From: a bacterium
Lineage (GTDB): Bacteria; UBA8248
Direction: 5' to 3'
Length of the DNA: 64,000 nucleotides
NCBI GenBank assembly: GCA_965203325.1
Contig: OZ241875.1
Span: 4,320,001-4,384,000 of the forward strand
How positions within the stretch are numbered: position 1 is the stretch's first letter; every line of letters starts with the position of its first letter. Positions 9,785-20,228 of the stretch are shown here, piece by piece. The translations under genes were made by a program, and so were the position numbers. The notes beneath the pieces are model-generated. The model was not told where the DNA came from, did not search any database, and worked only from the letters and a program-made list of their open reading frames with translations.

Positions 9785-10546
9785 CTACATCGCCAAAGTG
9801 CCGCCGTCACACGATATGAAGGCGCCGTTCATGAAATCATTCTCGTCCGAGGCCATGAAGAGCGAGACCTCCGCCATCTCCTCGGGAGTCGCAAAGCGGT
9901 TCACGGGTATCCGGGGCAGTTTCGCCCTGGCGCGCTCCGGGTCGTTGATGTGAATCTCTTTCACGCGTTCGCTCTCGGTGGTGCCCGGCATGAGGCAATT
10001 GACGCGCAGCCCCAGAGGGCCGAGTTCCACGGCGAGGGCGCGCGTCAGGTTGTGCATGGAGGTCTTCGTGGCGCAGTAGAGGGCGTTGCCGGGCACCCCG
10101 CGCTCGCCGTCGATGGAGCCGATCATCAGTATCTTGCCCTTGCCCTGGGGCGCCATAAGCCTGGCCGCCTCGCGCGTGGCGATGAAAACGGATTTCGCAT
10201 TCACCTCATACAACTCGTCGATCTGCTCGTCTGTGAACTCCAAAAAACTCTTGTGTGCCCGCATGGCGGCGCAGTTCACCATGATGTCGAGACCGCCGAG
10301 GAACTGCGCGCCGTCACTCATCACGTCGTTCGCTTTGCGCGCATCCCTCAGGTCGTAGCATCGTCCATCGATTTTAACGCCTCCCGCGCTGCAATCGGCG
10401 ATGATTCCGTCGAGGCGCGCCTGGTTGAAACCGCCCGCCGCCCAGATGGATGCGCCCTCCGCGCTGAATCTGCGTGTGATGGCCGCGCCGATGCCCGATG
10501 AGGCGCCCGTGACGATGACTCTTTTTCCTTCCAGCTTGCCCGGCAT
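9785..10546 (-). CDS. SDR family oxidoreductase
   Basis: TGASSGIG, catalytic YCATK, DGG. Confidence 0.92.
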   Translation of the reverse strand: MPGKLEGKRVIVTGASSGIGAAITRRFSAEGASIWAAGGFNQARLDGIIADCSAGGVKIDGRCYDLRDARKANDVMSDGAQFLGGLDIMVNCAAMRAHKSFLEFTDEQIDELYEVNAKSVFIATREAARLMAPQGKGKILMIGSIDGERGVPGNALYCATKTSMHNLTRALAVELGPLGLRVNCLMPGTTESERVKEIHINDPERARAKLPRIPVNRFATPEEMAEVSLFMASDENDFMNGAFISCDGGTLAM

Positions 10547-10570
10547 ATCTCGCTCCTTGACGTGAAAAAA

Positions 10571-11455
10571 CTATTCCTCATCCGGCAGAAGCGCGGATTC
10601 TCCCATCGAAAGCGGGTCGCGCATCGGCCAGCGCCCGGCGTCCACCTCGGTGATGAACTCGAGAACGACCCGGTTGAACATGGCGGGTTCTTCGAGGTTG
10701 ATGAGGTGGCCGGCGTTGGGGAAGGTGACGAGGGCAGCCGTCTGAATGTTGCGCTTCATGAACAGCCCTGGTTCCAGGCAGGGGAAATCTTCATCCCCCG
10801 TGAGGACGAGCGTGGGCACGGAGCAGTTCTTCATCTGCTCTCCGAGTTCGTAGACCGAGGGTCTTACGCTTTGCACCCCGCGCATCGTGTTGGCGCAGCC
10901 CAGGGGGGAATGGCTCATGAAGTGATCGATGAATTTCTGATAGCCGATGGCGTCTTTTCGTTTGAGCTGCATTCTTGTGGGACCGGCGGTGTAGACCGGG
11001 CCGAACTTCTCCATGCCCTCGTTCAGGAACCGGTCGGCCACGGCTTCAGCGTCTTTTTGGAATCGTTCACGCTGATCCATGTCGGAGCCGTAACCGCAGC
11101 CTGCCACAACGATGGAGCGGGTAAGTTCCGGGTGGCGGAGGCCTAAATGGAGGGTCGCATAGCCGCCCATCGAAAGTCCCACGACATGGGCGGGTGCGAG
11201 GTCCAGATCCCTGATGAGGCCGGCCAGATCGTTTGCGGCGATGTCCTGGCTGTATTGTGATGCGTCTTCGGGCACCTCGGAGGGCGGGAATCCTCTCGCG
11301 TTGTAGGTGATGACCCTGTATCTGCGGTTGAAATAGCGGACCTGATCCTCCCAACTGCGGCAGTCGCCCGCGAATTCATGAACGAAGACGATGGGCGCGC
11401 CCTCGCCGCTGGTTTCGTAATACAGACTGACGCCGTTTGTTCTCACTTCGGGCAT
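10571..11455 (-). CDS. Alpha/beta hydrolase
   Basis: GLSMGG nucleophile elbow, GDED, AGH. Confidence 0.9.
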   Translation of the reverse strand: MPEVRTNGVSLYYETSGEGAPIVFVHEFAGDCRSWEDQVRYFNRRYRVITYNARGFPPSEVPEDASQYSQDIAANDLAGLIRDLDLAPAHVVGLSMGGYATLHLGLRHPELTRSIVVAGCGYGSDMDQRERFQKDAEAVADRFLNEGMEKFGPVYTAGPTRMQLKRKDAIGYQKFIDHFMSHSPLGCANTMRGVQSVRPSVYELGEQMKNCSVPTLVLTGDEDFPCLEPGLFMKRNIQTAALVTFPNAGHLINLEEPAMFNRVVLEFITEVDAGRWPMRDPLSMGESALLPDEE

Positions 11456-11785
11456 GGTGTTCTCCTCGCAGGATGACGTGTGGTTATGAAATTCGTTTCT
11501 TACGGGAGAATCGGCGAAATGACAACGTGGAAGAGCGAATTCTCACTTATTTTCAGGCGTCGCGTCCCTATGGTCGGCGTTGCTGAAGATTTGGTAAAGG
11601 TTCGTCGTCAGTGAGGTTGATTTCTTTTTGGAGGGCTTGATTTCTGCGGCGGTCTGGCTCATGATAACCACGATTCACCACAGTGTTCGAGGTTGACAAG
11701 AAATTGACTTGGCACATCGCCCAATCACATCAAAATTGAAACTTCGGGATTCCCTGAAAGATTGTTCAAGAATGGGAGAAAGAAC

Positions 11786-13198
11786 TTGTCTACGGCGCCG
11801 GAGAAGCCAAGGCTCGCGATTCACAGAAAATCTGAAAGGAAGTTGCAGTGGGAGACAATCTTCGTCATCGGGATGATTCATCTTCTCGCCCTCATGGCAT
11901 TTGACCTGGATTATTTCAGCGTTTCCGGCCTCGTGGTGGGAATCGTGATGTATTTCGTCGCCGGAATGGTGGGCGTGACGATGTCCTACCACAGACTCCT
12001 GACGCACAGGAGTTTCCAGACGTATAAGCCGGTGGAGTATTTCCTGACTTTCTGCGCTTGCCAGGCGCTTCAGAGCGGCCCAATCGAGTGGGTAGCGATG
12101 CACCGCATTCACCACAAGGAATCGGACGAGGAGCCGGATCCGCATTCCCCGCTCGTGAATTTCCTGTGGGCGCACGCCGGGTGGCTTTTCGTCAGCCTGC
12201 CGGACGCGCACACCTACAATGAGTATTCTCGCTTCGCGAAGGATTTGCACCGCGACAAGTGGCAGCGCTTTTTCGACATGTTCTTTTTCCCCATCTATGT
12301 CTTGACCGCGGTGGCCATTTACTTCGCCGGGGAGGTGTACGGCGGCCTGGGCATGTCCTGGCTCGTCTGGGGCGTGTTCGTGCGCACGGTCGTTTTGTGG
12401 CACTGCACCTGGGCAGTGAATTCGGTAACGCACACCTTCGGCTACCGCAATTACAATACGGATGAGGAGAGCACCAACAACTGGCTCGTCGCAATTTTCT
12501 CCTTCGGCGAGGGTTGGCACAACAACCATCATGCGGACCAGCGCTCGGCCGCTCACGGCCAGCGGTGGTTCGAGGTGGACATCACCTACCGGCTTATCAA
12601 GATCATGGAACTCTTCGGGCTTGTCTGGGGGGTGAGAGAGCCGAGCCAGCGGGTCGTGGCGAAAAGACTCGACATCATGGTGGATGAAGAGGGCTTGCGC
12701 GCCTCCGAGGCGAGAAGGTTGGATACAGAGGACGCCCGCTCCGAAGTGCTCCACACGATGACCGACCCCACGATGCCGCTGGAAGTCCCCCGTATGCCCT
12801 CACTGACCGAAGCGAGCGAGGCGGCGATGAAATCGGCCCGAAAGGCCATGGAATCGGTCAACACGGCGCTCGCGCACGCTTCTCACGCGCTTCGACACAA
12901 AGAGAAAGAGGATAATGCCGACCAAGCCGTTCGCCAGGTGCTGGAAAAGGGCAAGGATACGGCGATGGCGGCCATCGAGCAGGCAAAATACGCCGCGGCG
13001 GAAGCCGCGGAGTTCTCCGCACAGGCGAGCGCATTTCTGGCGGATGCGAAAGACAAGGCGACGGAATCCGCCCATCAGGCGGCTGAAAGAGCGAAGTCGC
13101 TCGCACAGGAAGCAAGCGATGCGGCTTCGAAAGCCGCCGATGAAATTGCAGTCGCGTTCAAGGGAATCGACAGGCCGGTCATCACCTCCGCGATATAA
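11786..13198 (+). CDS. Delta-9-type acyl-CoA/acyl-lipid desaturase with long Ala/Glu/Lys-rich C-terminal extension
   Basis: His boxes YHRLLTH, HRIHH, GEGWHNNHH. TTG start after GGGAG chosen; start uncertain, ORF opens at 11762. Confidence 0.88.
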   Translation: MSTAPEKPRLAIHRKSERKLQWETIFVIGMIHLLALMAFDLDYFSVSGLVVGIVMYFVAGMVGVTMSYHRLLTHRSFQTYKPVEYFLTFCACQALQSGPIEWVAMHRIHHKESDEEPDPHSPLVNFLWAHAGWLFVSLPDAHTYNEYSRFAKDLHRDKWQRFFDMFFFPIYVLTAVAIYFAGEVYGGLGMSWLVWGVFVRTVVLWHCTWAVNSVTHTFGYRNYNTDEESTNNWLVAIFSFGEGWHNNHHADQRSAAHGQRWFEVDITYRLIKIMELFGLVWGVREPSQRVVAKRLDIMVDEEGLRASEARRLDTEDARSEVLHTMTDPTMPLEVPRMPSLTEASEAAMKSARKAMESVNTALAHASHALRHKEKEDNADQAVRQVLEKGKDTAMAAIEQAKYAAAEAAEFSAQASAFLADAKDKATESAHQAAERAKSLAQEASDAASKAADEIAVAFKGIDRPVITSAI

Positions 13199-13214
13199 TA
13201 ACGAATTCTAACAA

Positions 13215-13242
13215 AGCCGGGGCGAATTGCTCCGGCTGTTTT
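13215..13242 (+). terminator. Intrinsic terminator after desaturase
   Basis: agccggggc-gaatt-gctccggct-gtttt. Confidence 0.6.
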
Positions 13243-13367
13243 GCGCTTTGGTGAGGAGAAGAACGCTCCCGCCGGAGTTCGGACGCTGTTCTCGCGGGAT
13301 TTTCGAGGGGTCGGGCGAGAGAGGAATCGGGTGCCCTTGGAATTTGCGGCCCGATGCCCGGAGCGCC

Positions 13368-13396
13368 TTGACGCTCCCGCTTCCGGCTCCTAGATT
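13368..13396 (+). promoter_or_regulatory. Putative sigma70 promoter of ilvC
   Basis: TTGACG-N17-TAGATT. Confidence 0.5.
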
Positions 13397-13515
13397 ATGG
13401 TCTCTTTTTCGGCGGGGTTTCCTTCGAGTAGCCGAATTTTTTCGACAGGTGGTTTTTCGACCGATGTGAATCGTTTTTGGGTGGCGCGGCGAGGGCTGCG
13501 AATCTTGGAGGGCCA

Positions 13516-14559
13516 ATGGCCATGAGTGAAGTGAATGAAGAACAATTATTAAAAGACCTGAAAATTTACTATGACGCCGATGCGGACCTGAATCTGCTGC
13601 AGAACAGAAAAATCGCCGTCATCGGCTACGGAAGCCAGGGGCGCGCTCATGCGCTGAATGCGCAGGACAGCGGCGCGGACGTCGTCGTGGGTCTCAGGAA
13701 ATCCTCCCCGCGCTGGAAACAGGCGGAAGACGACGGCCTCGAGGTGATGGAGACGGCCGAGGCGGCCCAGGCGGGCGACATGGTGGTCATCCTGACGCAG
13801 GATCATCTTCAGCCCGCCATCTGGAATGCGGATATCGAACCCAACATGAAAGACGGCGACGCCTTGGTGGTTGCGCATGGCTTCAACCTGAATTACGGAC
13901 AAATCATTCCTCCGGACAACATCGACGTCGTGATGATAGCGCCCAAAAGCCCGGGCCATACCATGCGGTTCCAATACGAGGACGGACGCGGCGTGCCGGG
14001 TCTGGTGGCCGTTTTCCAGGACGCTACGGGCAAGGCGAAGGAGTACGCCCTGGCGTACGGCAAGGCGGTGGGCTGCGCCCGCGCCGGCATCATCGAGACG
14101 ACCATCGAGGAGGAGACCGAGACGGACCTCTTCGGCGAGCAGGCGGTGCTGTGCGGCGGCATCACCGAGTTGATTCGCGTCGCGTTCGAGACGCTCGTGG
14201 AGGCCGGCTATCAGCCCGCACTGGCGTATTTCGAGTGTTTGCACGAGGTGAAGCTGATCACCGACCTGATCTACCAGGGCGGCATCACCATGATGCGCTA
14301 TTCGGTTTCCGATACGGCCGAATACGGAGACATCACGCGGGGTAAGGTCGTGATCGACGATGCGACGCGCGAGCGGATGCGCGGAATCCTGCGTGACATC
14401 CAGACCGGCAAATTCGCCAGCGAGTGGATCAACGAGAACATGGTGAACCGGCCGACGTTCAACACCGTGGTGCGCAAGGAGAAAGAGCACGACATCGAGG
14501 TGGTCGGCCGGCGTCTGCGCGCGATGATGCCCTGGATTGAGGAGCGCGAGGTGAAATAA
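13516..14559 (+). CDS. ilvC: Ketol-acid reductoisomerase
   Basis: [49 protein letters not shown]. Confidence 0.97.
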   Translation: MAMSEVNEEQLLKDLKIYYDADADLNLLQNRKIAVIGYGSQGRAHALNAQDSGADVVVGLRKSSPRWKQAEDDGLEVMETAEAAQAGDMVVILTQDHLQPAIWNADIEPNMKDGDALVVAHGFNLNYGQIIPPDNIDVVMIAPKSPGHTMRFQYEDGRGVPGLVAVFQDATGKAKEYALAYGKAVGCARAGIIETTIEEETETDLFGEQAVLCGGITELIRVAFETLVEAGYQPALAYFECLHEVKLITDLIYQGGITMMRYSVSDTAEYGDITRGKVVIDDATRERMRGILRDIQTGKFASEWINENMVNRPTFNTVVRKEKEHDIEVVGRRLRAMMPWIEEREVK

Positions 14560-14581
14560 GGGGGAATTGGGAGACATCCCG

Positions 14582-14615
14582 ACCGGCGGAGTTCGTGCGG
14601 CTCCGCCGGTTTTTC
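14582..14615 (+). terminator. Intrinsic terminator after ilvC
   Basis: accggcggag-N9-ctccgccggt followed by a T tract. Confidence 0.75.
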
Positions 14616-14721
14616 TTTGAAAAATGTTGAATTATTTAGGGGTTATGTACTCCCCGCTTGAAAGAAAAGAGAGAGCGTCGTATTCTTGAAAGACGCTGTT
14701 TTCGGCCGCCGAGAGGTAGTG

Positions 14722-15198
14722 ATGAGCGTTCAGAAAATAAAATTTCTCATCGCGGGCATGGTCATCGTGAGCGCTTTCGCCTATCTGGCCATTTCAGGGT
14801 TCCAGAGCGAGAACCTGGTGTATTTTCTGACCGTGGATGAGGTGTCCCAAAAGGCGCCGACTCTGGGCGGCCGGGGCATCAGGGTGCAGGGCAAGATCGT
14901 GCCCCGGACGCTTCAGAAAAATCCCGACGCCATGTTGCTCGCCTTCCATATTCAGGGCGAGAAGGGGACTTTGCCCGTCAGCTACAAGGGGGTTCCCCCC
15001 GATTTGCTCGAAAACGGGTTTCCGGTCATCGCCGAGGGAAAGCTCAACGGCAAGGGGGTCTTGGTAGCGAAGAACCTGATGGTGGCATGTCCCTCGAAAT
15101 TCGAGGAAATGAAAGAAGCGGGTGAGAGCATACCGACGGATCACGAAGCCTTGATGAAAGAAGCCGTGAAGCGCAGGCAAATCTCGGAAGCTAAGTAA
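14722..15198 (+). CDS. ccmE: Cytochrome c maturation heme chaperone CcmE, Cys-type (CPSKF)
   Basis: N-terminal TM, VYFLTVDE, YKGVPPD, VIAEG, ACPSKF. Immediately upstream of ccmF. Confidence 0.88.
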   Translation: MSVQKIKFLIAGMVIVSAFAYLAISGFQSENLVYFLTVDEVSQKAPTLGGRGIRVQGKIVPRTLQKNPDAMLLAFHIQGEKGTLPVSYKGVPPDLLENGFPVIAEGKLNGKGVLVAKNLMVACPSKFEEMKEAGESIPTDHEALMKEAVKRRQISEAK

Positions 15199-15270
15199 CC
15201 GCTCGCCCGCAGTAATGGCCCTTGTCTCTCGTATTGTCTTAAAAATCCGCTCCATCCCGGGAGTTTTCAG

Positions 15271-17235
15271 TTGATCGCCATTCAGTTCGGACACTACAGC
15301 TTGCTGGCATCTCTCGTCCTGGCGGTGTTCGGAATAGGGGCCTGCATCCTCGGCGCGATAAAGCGCAGGGCCGACCTCATCGCGGCAGGTAGAAACGCCG
15401 CCGTCGGTGTTTTCTGGCTGGTGAGCGGCGCGAGCGCGTGTCTCGTCTATTTGCTCATGGTGCGCGACTACCGCGTGGAGTACGTGGCCGGGCACGTGAA
15501 CAACACGCTGAACGGGTTTTACCGCTTCAGCGCGTTCTGGGGGGGGCAGGAGGGGAGCCTGCTGATGTGGCTCCTGCTCTTGTGCGTGTATGCGTTCGTC
15601 GTCATCCTGCAAAACCGCGACAGAAATCTGGAGCTGATGCCCTACGTGACGGCCACGCTGATGGCCACGGCGCTGTTCTTTCTCGTAATTCTCAATTTCG
15701 TCACCCCGCCCTTCGATACGCTCCCCGCCCCGCCTGCGGACGGACGCGGCCTGAACCCGCTCCTTCAGGACTGGGGGATGGTGATCCACCCGCCCAACCT
15801 GTACCTGGGCTATGTGGGTTTCGCCGTTCCATTCGCCTTTTGCATCGGTGCTCTGGCGAGCGGAAAGCTCGACACCGACTGGATCACCTCGACGCGGCGC
15901 TGGACGCTGTTCGCATGGTTCTTCAACGGGGTCGGCATTCTGCTCGGCGGCGCATGGGCCTACAAGGAGCTGGGTTGGGGCGGATACTGGGCGTGGGATC
16001 CGGTGGAGAACGCGAGCCTCATGCCCTGGCTCGTGGGAACCGCTTTTCTTCACTCGGTGATGATCCAGGAAAAACGCGGGATGCTCAAGGTCTGGAACGT
16101 CTCGCTCATCATCATCACATACGCCCTCACGATATTCGGCACTTTCCTCACGAGAAGCGGCATCATCTCGAGCGTACACGCCTTTGCGAACTCATCGTTC
16201 GGCTGGGCGTTTCTGGTCTACTTGCTGGTGGCGCTCGTCATATCCTTTAGCCTGATGATCTGGCGTCTGCCCCAGCTTCAAAGCGAGCACGAGATGGAGA
16301 GCTTCTTCTCGCGCGAGGCGAGCTTTCTGCTCAACAACGTCGTGCTCGTCGGCATCACGTTCGCCGTCTTCTGGGGGACGATTTTCCCGGTCGTCTCGGA
16401 AGCCGTGAAAGGGGTGAAGGTCACCGTGGGGCCGCCGTTCTTCAATCAGGTGAACGTGCCGATAGGGCTTTTGCTCATTTTGCTTTGCGGCGCGGGGCCT
16501 CTTTTCGCTTGGCGGAGGACATCGCGAAAACAGATGAACAGGAGTTTCGTCTATCCCTCCGTGGTGGCGTTGGGCGCCCTGCTCGTCCTGGTGCTCTTCG
16601 GCGTTCACCACGTCTACGCGGCGCTCGCGTTCGGGCTCAGCGCGTTCGTGGTGGGGACGATCGTTTTGGAGTATTGGCGGGGAATTTCTTCGCGCGTGCG
16701 TCACCAGGGAGAGCGCATCGTCCAGGCGGCGTGGGAGCTCACCATGCGCAACAAGAGGCGCTTCGGTGGCTATATCGTCCACCTGGGGATGGCGATCTTG
16801 TTCGTGGGCGTGGCAGCGTCCTCGGCCTATCAGGAGGTAGGCGAGGTGCGCCTTCGCCTGGGCGAGAGTTTTGCGCTAAACGGCGTGCGGATGCGCTATG
16901 AAGGGATTCGCGAGAGCGCGACGCCGCAATACCGCTCCGCCTTCGCGCGCCTGGGGGTCTACCGGGCGGGATACCGCATCGGGGAGGTGGAACCGGAAAA
17001 AAGGCTCTATTTCACGCCGCCGCAACCGACGACGGAGCCCGGCATCCGCCGGGGCGCGCGTTCGGATATCTACGCCGTCTTCGCCGAGGCGGACCCGGAC
17101 GGCACGGCCACGTTCAAGTTCATGGTCAACCCGCTGGTGAACTGGGTATGGGCGGGCGGTATCGTCTTTACGCTCGGCTCGGTCGTTTGCTTCTTGCCGG
17201 AGCGTTGGGGCAGGCGAAGAAAAAAGCAGGCTTAA
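15271..17235 (+). CDS. ccmF: Heme lyase CcmF/NrfE
   Basis: WGGQEGSLL, GLNPLLQ, HPP, WGGYWAWDPVENAS, TRSG, SVHAF. Confidence 0.96.
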   Translation: MIAIQFGHYSLLASLVLAVFGIGACILGAIKRRADLIAAGRNAAVGVFWLVSGASACLVYLLMVRDYRVEYVAGHVNNTLNGFYRFSAFWGGQEGSLLMWLLLLCVYAFVVILQNRDRNLELMPYVTATLMATALFFLVILNFVTPPFDTLPAPPADGRGLNPLLQDWGMVIHPPNLYLGYVGFAVPFAFCIGALASGKLDTDWITSTRRWTLFAWFFNGVGILLGGAWAYKELGWGGYWAWDPVENASLMPWLVGTAFLHSVMIQEKRGMLKVWNVSLIIITYALTIFGTFLTRSGIISSVHAFANSSFGWAFLVYLLVALVISFSLMIWRLPQLQSEHEMESFFSREASFLLNNVVLVGITFAVFWGTIFPVVSEAVKGVKVTVGPPFFNQVNVPIGLLLILLCGAGPLFAWRRTSRKQMNRSFVYPSVVALGALLVLVLFGVHHVYAALAFGLSAFVVGTIVLEYWRGISSRVRHQGERIVQAAWELTMRNKRRFGGYIVHLGMAILFVGVAASSAYQEVGEVRLRLGESFALNGVRMRYEGIRESATPQYRSAFARLGVYRAGYRIGEVEPEKRLYFTPPQPTTEPGIRRGARSDIYAVFAEADPDGTATFKFMVNPLVNWVWAGGIVFTLGSVVCFLPERWGRRRKKQA

Positions 17236-17238
17236 AGC

Positions 17239-17847
17239 ATGGAGATTCTCGGCGTCATCATCGCTTGCGGGGCGGTCGGCGCGGCTTTTTTCTACACCCT
17301 TTGGCCCATCATGCGCCCTCAGACGGCCCAGGGCGTCTTGCCGGATGAGGATAGCGCGCAGCCGCTTTCGAACCGCGAGTTGACACGGCTGTTGATGGAA
17401 CGCGAGCAGGCCTACAAGAACATCATGGATATCGAGTTCGACAAGGAAATGGGCAAGCTCTCTGATGAAGACTACGCCCAGATGATGGCGCCCGCCCGAG
17501 CACAGGCGGTGGAGGTGCTGAGGCGCCTCGACGCCCGGGGGGTGAAGGAGGGGATGACGCCCCTGCAGATGAACGAGCGCGAGGCGGCGCAGGCGGCGGC
17601 CCGGCTCGAAACAAAACGCCCACCTTCCGAGAAAATCGCAGTCGAGAAACCCCCCTCGCTGGATGAGCGTCTGGAAGCGGAAATCCTGCGCTACAGGAAA
17701 AGTGCGAGCGAATCGCAAGATGAATCTGCCGATTCTTCATCGGATGAGCAAGAGAAAAGTATGAAACCCCGGTTTTGCGCTTCTTGCGGAAACGCCGTGG
17801 ATGAAGCGGATAACTTCTGCGCCGCCTGTGGGCGCCGGCTAACTTGA
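17239..17847 (+). CDS. Membrane-anchored ccm accessory protein (CcmI-like N-terminus, C-terminal zinc ribbon)
   Basis: N-terminal TM; DIEFDKEMGKLSDEDY; FCASCG..NFCAACG. Confidence 0.7.
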   Translation: MEILGVIIACGAVGAAFFYTLWPIMRPQTAQGVLPDEDSAQPLSNRELTRLLMEREQAYKNIMDIEFDKEMGKLSDEDYAQMMAPARAQAVEVLRRLDARGVKEGMTPLQMNEREAAQAAARLETKRPPSEKIAVEKPPSLDERLEAEILRYRKSASESQDESADSSSDEQEKSMKPRFCASCGNAVDEADNFCAACGRRLT

Positions 17848-18746
17848 AACGCATCGGGCCCGCTCGACCCCTTGTATTTCTATGCCTGTTTCTTGTCTGC
17901 TCCTCACCCGTCCTTTCATACGCAGGGCCGGCGAAGCTCCAGGCTGCGCCGCCCAAGGCGAAGGTTCAAACCTCCGGTCCCACGACGACGGACCTCTCCC
18001 GGCTCAGGCTCAAGCGCAACATCCTCACCATCCGGCTCGAAAAGGGTTTTTTCGAGTTCGTGGAGATGATGGATTTCGAGAACGAGGGCAGCGCCACCAT
18101 CGTCTCGAAAGGCGGCGCTCCCACGCTGCGCTTCGTTCTGCCGAAGAGCAGCAACATCAGAAACCCCCGCGCGCGCTGGGGCGCAGCGCCCGCAGGACTC
18201 GACCCCAAGTTCCTCACTACGGTGGAGGATGAGATCCGGACGACCGAGCCTTTCCCGCCGGGGCGGAAGTTCGTCGTCCTGCTCTATCGCCTGGAGGATG
18301 AGTTCGGCGGGATCAGGGTGGAGAAGCCCATCATTTACGACACGCCGAGTTTGGCCGTCCTGCCCGAGAAAGACCGCGTGCAGGCGCAGGCTCTTGGCCT
18401 TTCCGCACAGCCCGCCGTCAAGTTTCAGAACAGGGAATACAACCGTTTCGTGGGGACAGCCAGAGCGGGTACGCTGGTGCGCATCGACGTGCAGGCGCCC
18501 GATTCGATGGGTGGCCTCGGGGTATTCTACGTCGTGGGAGGCGTCGTGGTCGTCTTGAGTCTGGGGCTTGGGCTTTACATCCGCAAAAGAAGGAACACGG
18601 CCTACTCCGCTCAGGTGGAGCGCGAGGAGATATTGCGCGCCATCGCTATACTCGATGACAGGCTCGCGACGGGGGAGATATCCGCCGATGAGCACGCCCG
18701 CGAACGCACCCCGCGCTTCGAGCGCCTGAAAGAACTCTCGGACTAA
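17844..18746 (+). CDS. Hypothetical exported protein with C-terminal TM and SHOCT-like tail (ccm operon)
   Basis: Signal peptide, TM near the C-terminus, AIAILDDRLATGEISADEH. Overlaps the upstream stop. Confidence 0.7.
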   Translation: MKRIGPARPLVFLCLFLVCSSPVLSYAGPAKLQAAPPKAKVQTSGPTTTDLSRLRLKRNILTIRLEKGFFEFVEMMDFENEGSATIVSKGGAPTLRFVLPKSSNIRNPRARWGAAPAGLDPKFLTTVEDEIRTTEPFPPGRKFVVLLYRLEDEFGGIRVEKPIIYDTPSLAVLPEKDRVQAQALGLSAQPAVKFQNREYNRFVGTARAGTLVRIDVQAPDSMGGLGVFYVVGGVVVVLSLGLGLYIRKRRNTAYSAQVEREEILRAIAILDDRLATGEISADEHARERTPRFERLKELSD

Positions 18747-18759
18747 GAGGGCGGATGCC

Positions 18760-19464
18760 ATGCTGGAGGCTTTTGGGGTATCCAGACGCTACGGATGGAG
18801 ATGGGCGCTCAGGAATTTGTCCATTGCCGTCTCCCCCGGCGAGGCGCTCGCTCTTCTCGGCAAGAACGGATCGGGCAAGACCACGCTTCTCAAATCTTTT
18901 GCAGGTCTGCTCAGGCCGACCGAAGGGGTGGTTCAACTAAGCGGCGAGCCGCTCTCCCGCGAGGCGAAGGGCAGAATCGGCCTGCTCTCGCACGAGCCCA
19001 TGCTTTATGCGGGTTTGACGATACGTGACAACCTCGGTTATTTCGCCAGGCTCTTTGGCATGGAAAGCGGAGATATACCGGTACGGGTGAGTCTTCTGGC
19101 GGAGATGCTCGACATACGGGAGCGTCTCGACGAACCCGTGCGCGTCTTGAGCCAGGGTCTCAGGCAGCGCGCAGCACTTGCGCGCGCGCTTATACACGAC
19201 CCCGAGGTCGTATTGCTCGATGAGCCTTTCTCCGGCCTCGACCCGGATGCCGCCGAACGCCTGGAAAACGTCGTGCGCGCCCTTTGCGAGGGCCGAGAAC
19301 GAATCGTGGTGTTCACGACGCACGACCTGTCAAAAGCCTTCGATATGGCGGGCAAAATCGCCGTTCTGGCCGGGGGCGGGCTTGTCTATGAGGGGAGTGC
19401 TGAAAATTCAAGCGAAGAAGAAGTGCTGGCCGCGTTCGATGAATCCCCTGGAGGCGCGGCATGA
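18760..19464 (+). CDS. ccmA: Heme exporter ATP-binding protein CcmA
   Basis: GKNGSGKTT, LSQGLRQR, LLDEPFSGLD; ccm context. Confidence 0.88.
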   Translation: MLEAFGVSRRYGWRWALRNLSIAVSPGEALALLGKNGSGKTTLLKSFAGLLRPTEGVVQLSGEPLSREAKGRIGLLSHEPMLYAGLTIRDNLGYFARLFGMESGDIPVRVSLLAEMLDIRERLDEPVRVLSQGLRQRAALARALIHDPEVVLLDEPFSGLDPDAAERLENVVRALCEGRERIVVFTTHDLSKAFDMAGKIAVLAGGGLVYEGSAENSSEEEVLAAFDESPGGAA

Positions 19465-20150
19465 GGCGCTTTTTCTCCGTGCTCTCAGCGGTGGTCGAAA
19501 AAGATTTGCGCCTCGAATGGCGGACGAAGGAAAGCCTCCTCGTCATGGTGGTTTTCGCACTGCTTGTGCTCACGCTGTTCAGCTTCGCCTTCGGCCCCGG
19601 AGGCGGAAGCGGGGAGAACGCCCGCGCCGTGCAGGCGGGCATCTTGTGGATATCGTTTTTATTCGCCTGTGTCATCGGGCTGTCCCGCACCATGGGCGTG
19701 GAGCGTGAGAGCGCGGGTTTTTCTGCCATGCACGCGAGTCCGGCGGACCCTTCCGCTTTGTATCTGGGCAAAGTGGTGTCCGCGGCCGTTTTGATGGGAA
19801 TCATGGAGTTGGTGGGCTTCGCCGTTTTGACGGTTCTCTATCAGGTGGATGTGTGGAAATCGGCCGGTGCGCTGGCGCTCATCGCCATCTCCGCCACGCT
19901 TGGAATCGCGGCCGCCGGTGCCCTGTTCGCCGCCATGAGCGCGCGTACGCGAACGCGAGAGGTCTTGCTGCCCGTATTGATGTTTCCCGTTCTTGTGCCT
20001 GTTCTGATCGCCGCCGTCAAGGCGACCGAAGCCCATCTCGGCGGCGGCGGATGGGCGGATTCGAAGGATTGGATTCGCTTGATGTTGGTGTATGATGTGA
20101 TATTCTTGGTAGCCGCCTCTTTGCTCTTTGAATATATATTAGAGGAATAA
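19461..20150 (+). CDS. ccmB: Heme exporter permease CcmB
   Basis: KDLRLEWR, GILW, REVLLPVLMFP, LFEYILEE. Confidence 0.9.
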   Translation: MRRFFSVLSAVVEKDLRLEWRTKESLLVMVVFALLVLTLFSFAFGPGGGSGENARAVQAGILWISFLFACVIGLSRTMGVERESAGFSAMHASPADPSALYLGKVVSAAVLMGIMELVGFAVLTVLYQVDVWKSAGALALIAISATLGIAAAGALFAAMSARTRTREVLLPVLMFPVLVPVLIAAVKATEAHLGGGGWADSKDWIRLMLVYDVIFLVAASLLFEYILEE

Positions 20151-20228
20151 TATCAATGGGTTATATTCATATATCTATGAAATACTTTATGCTCTGCCGC
20201 CGCTCCGAATCGCCGGGGAGGTTGCCTG

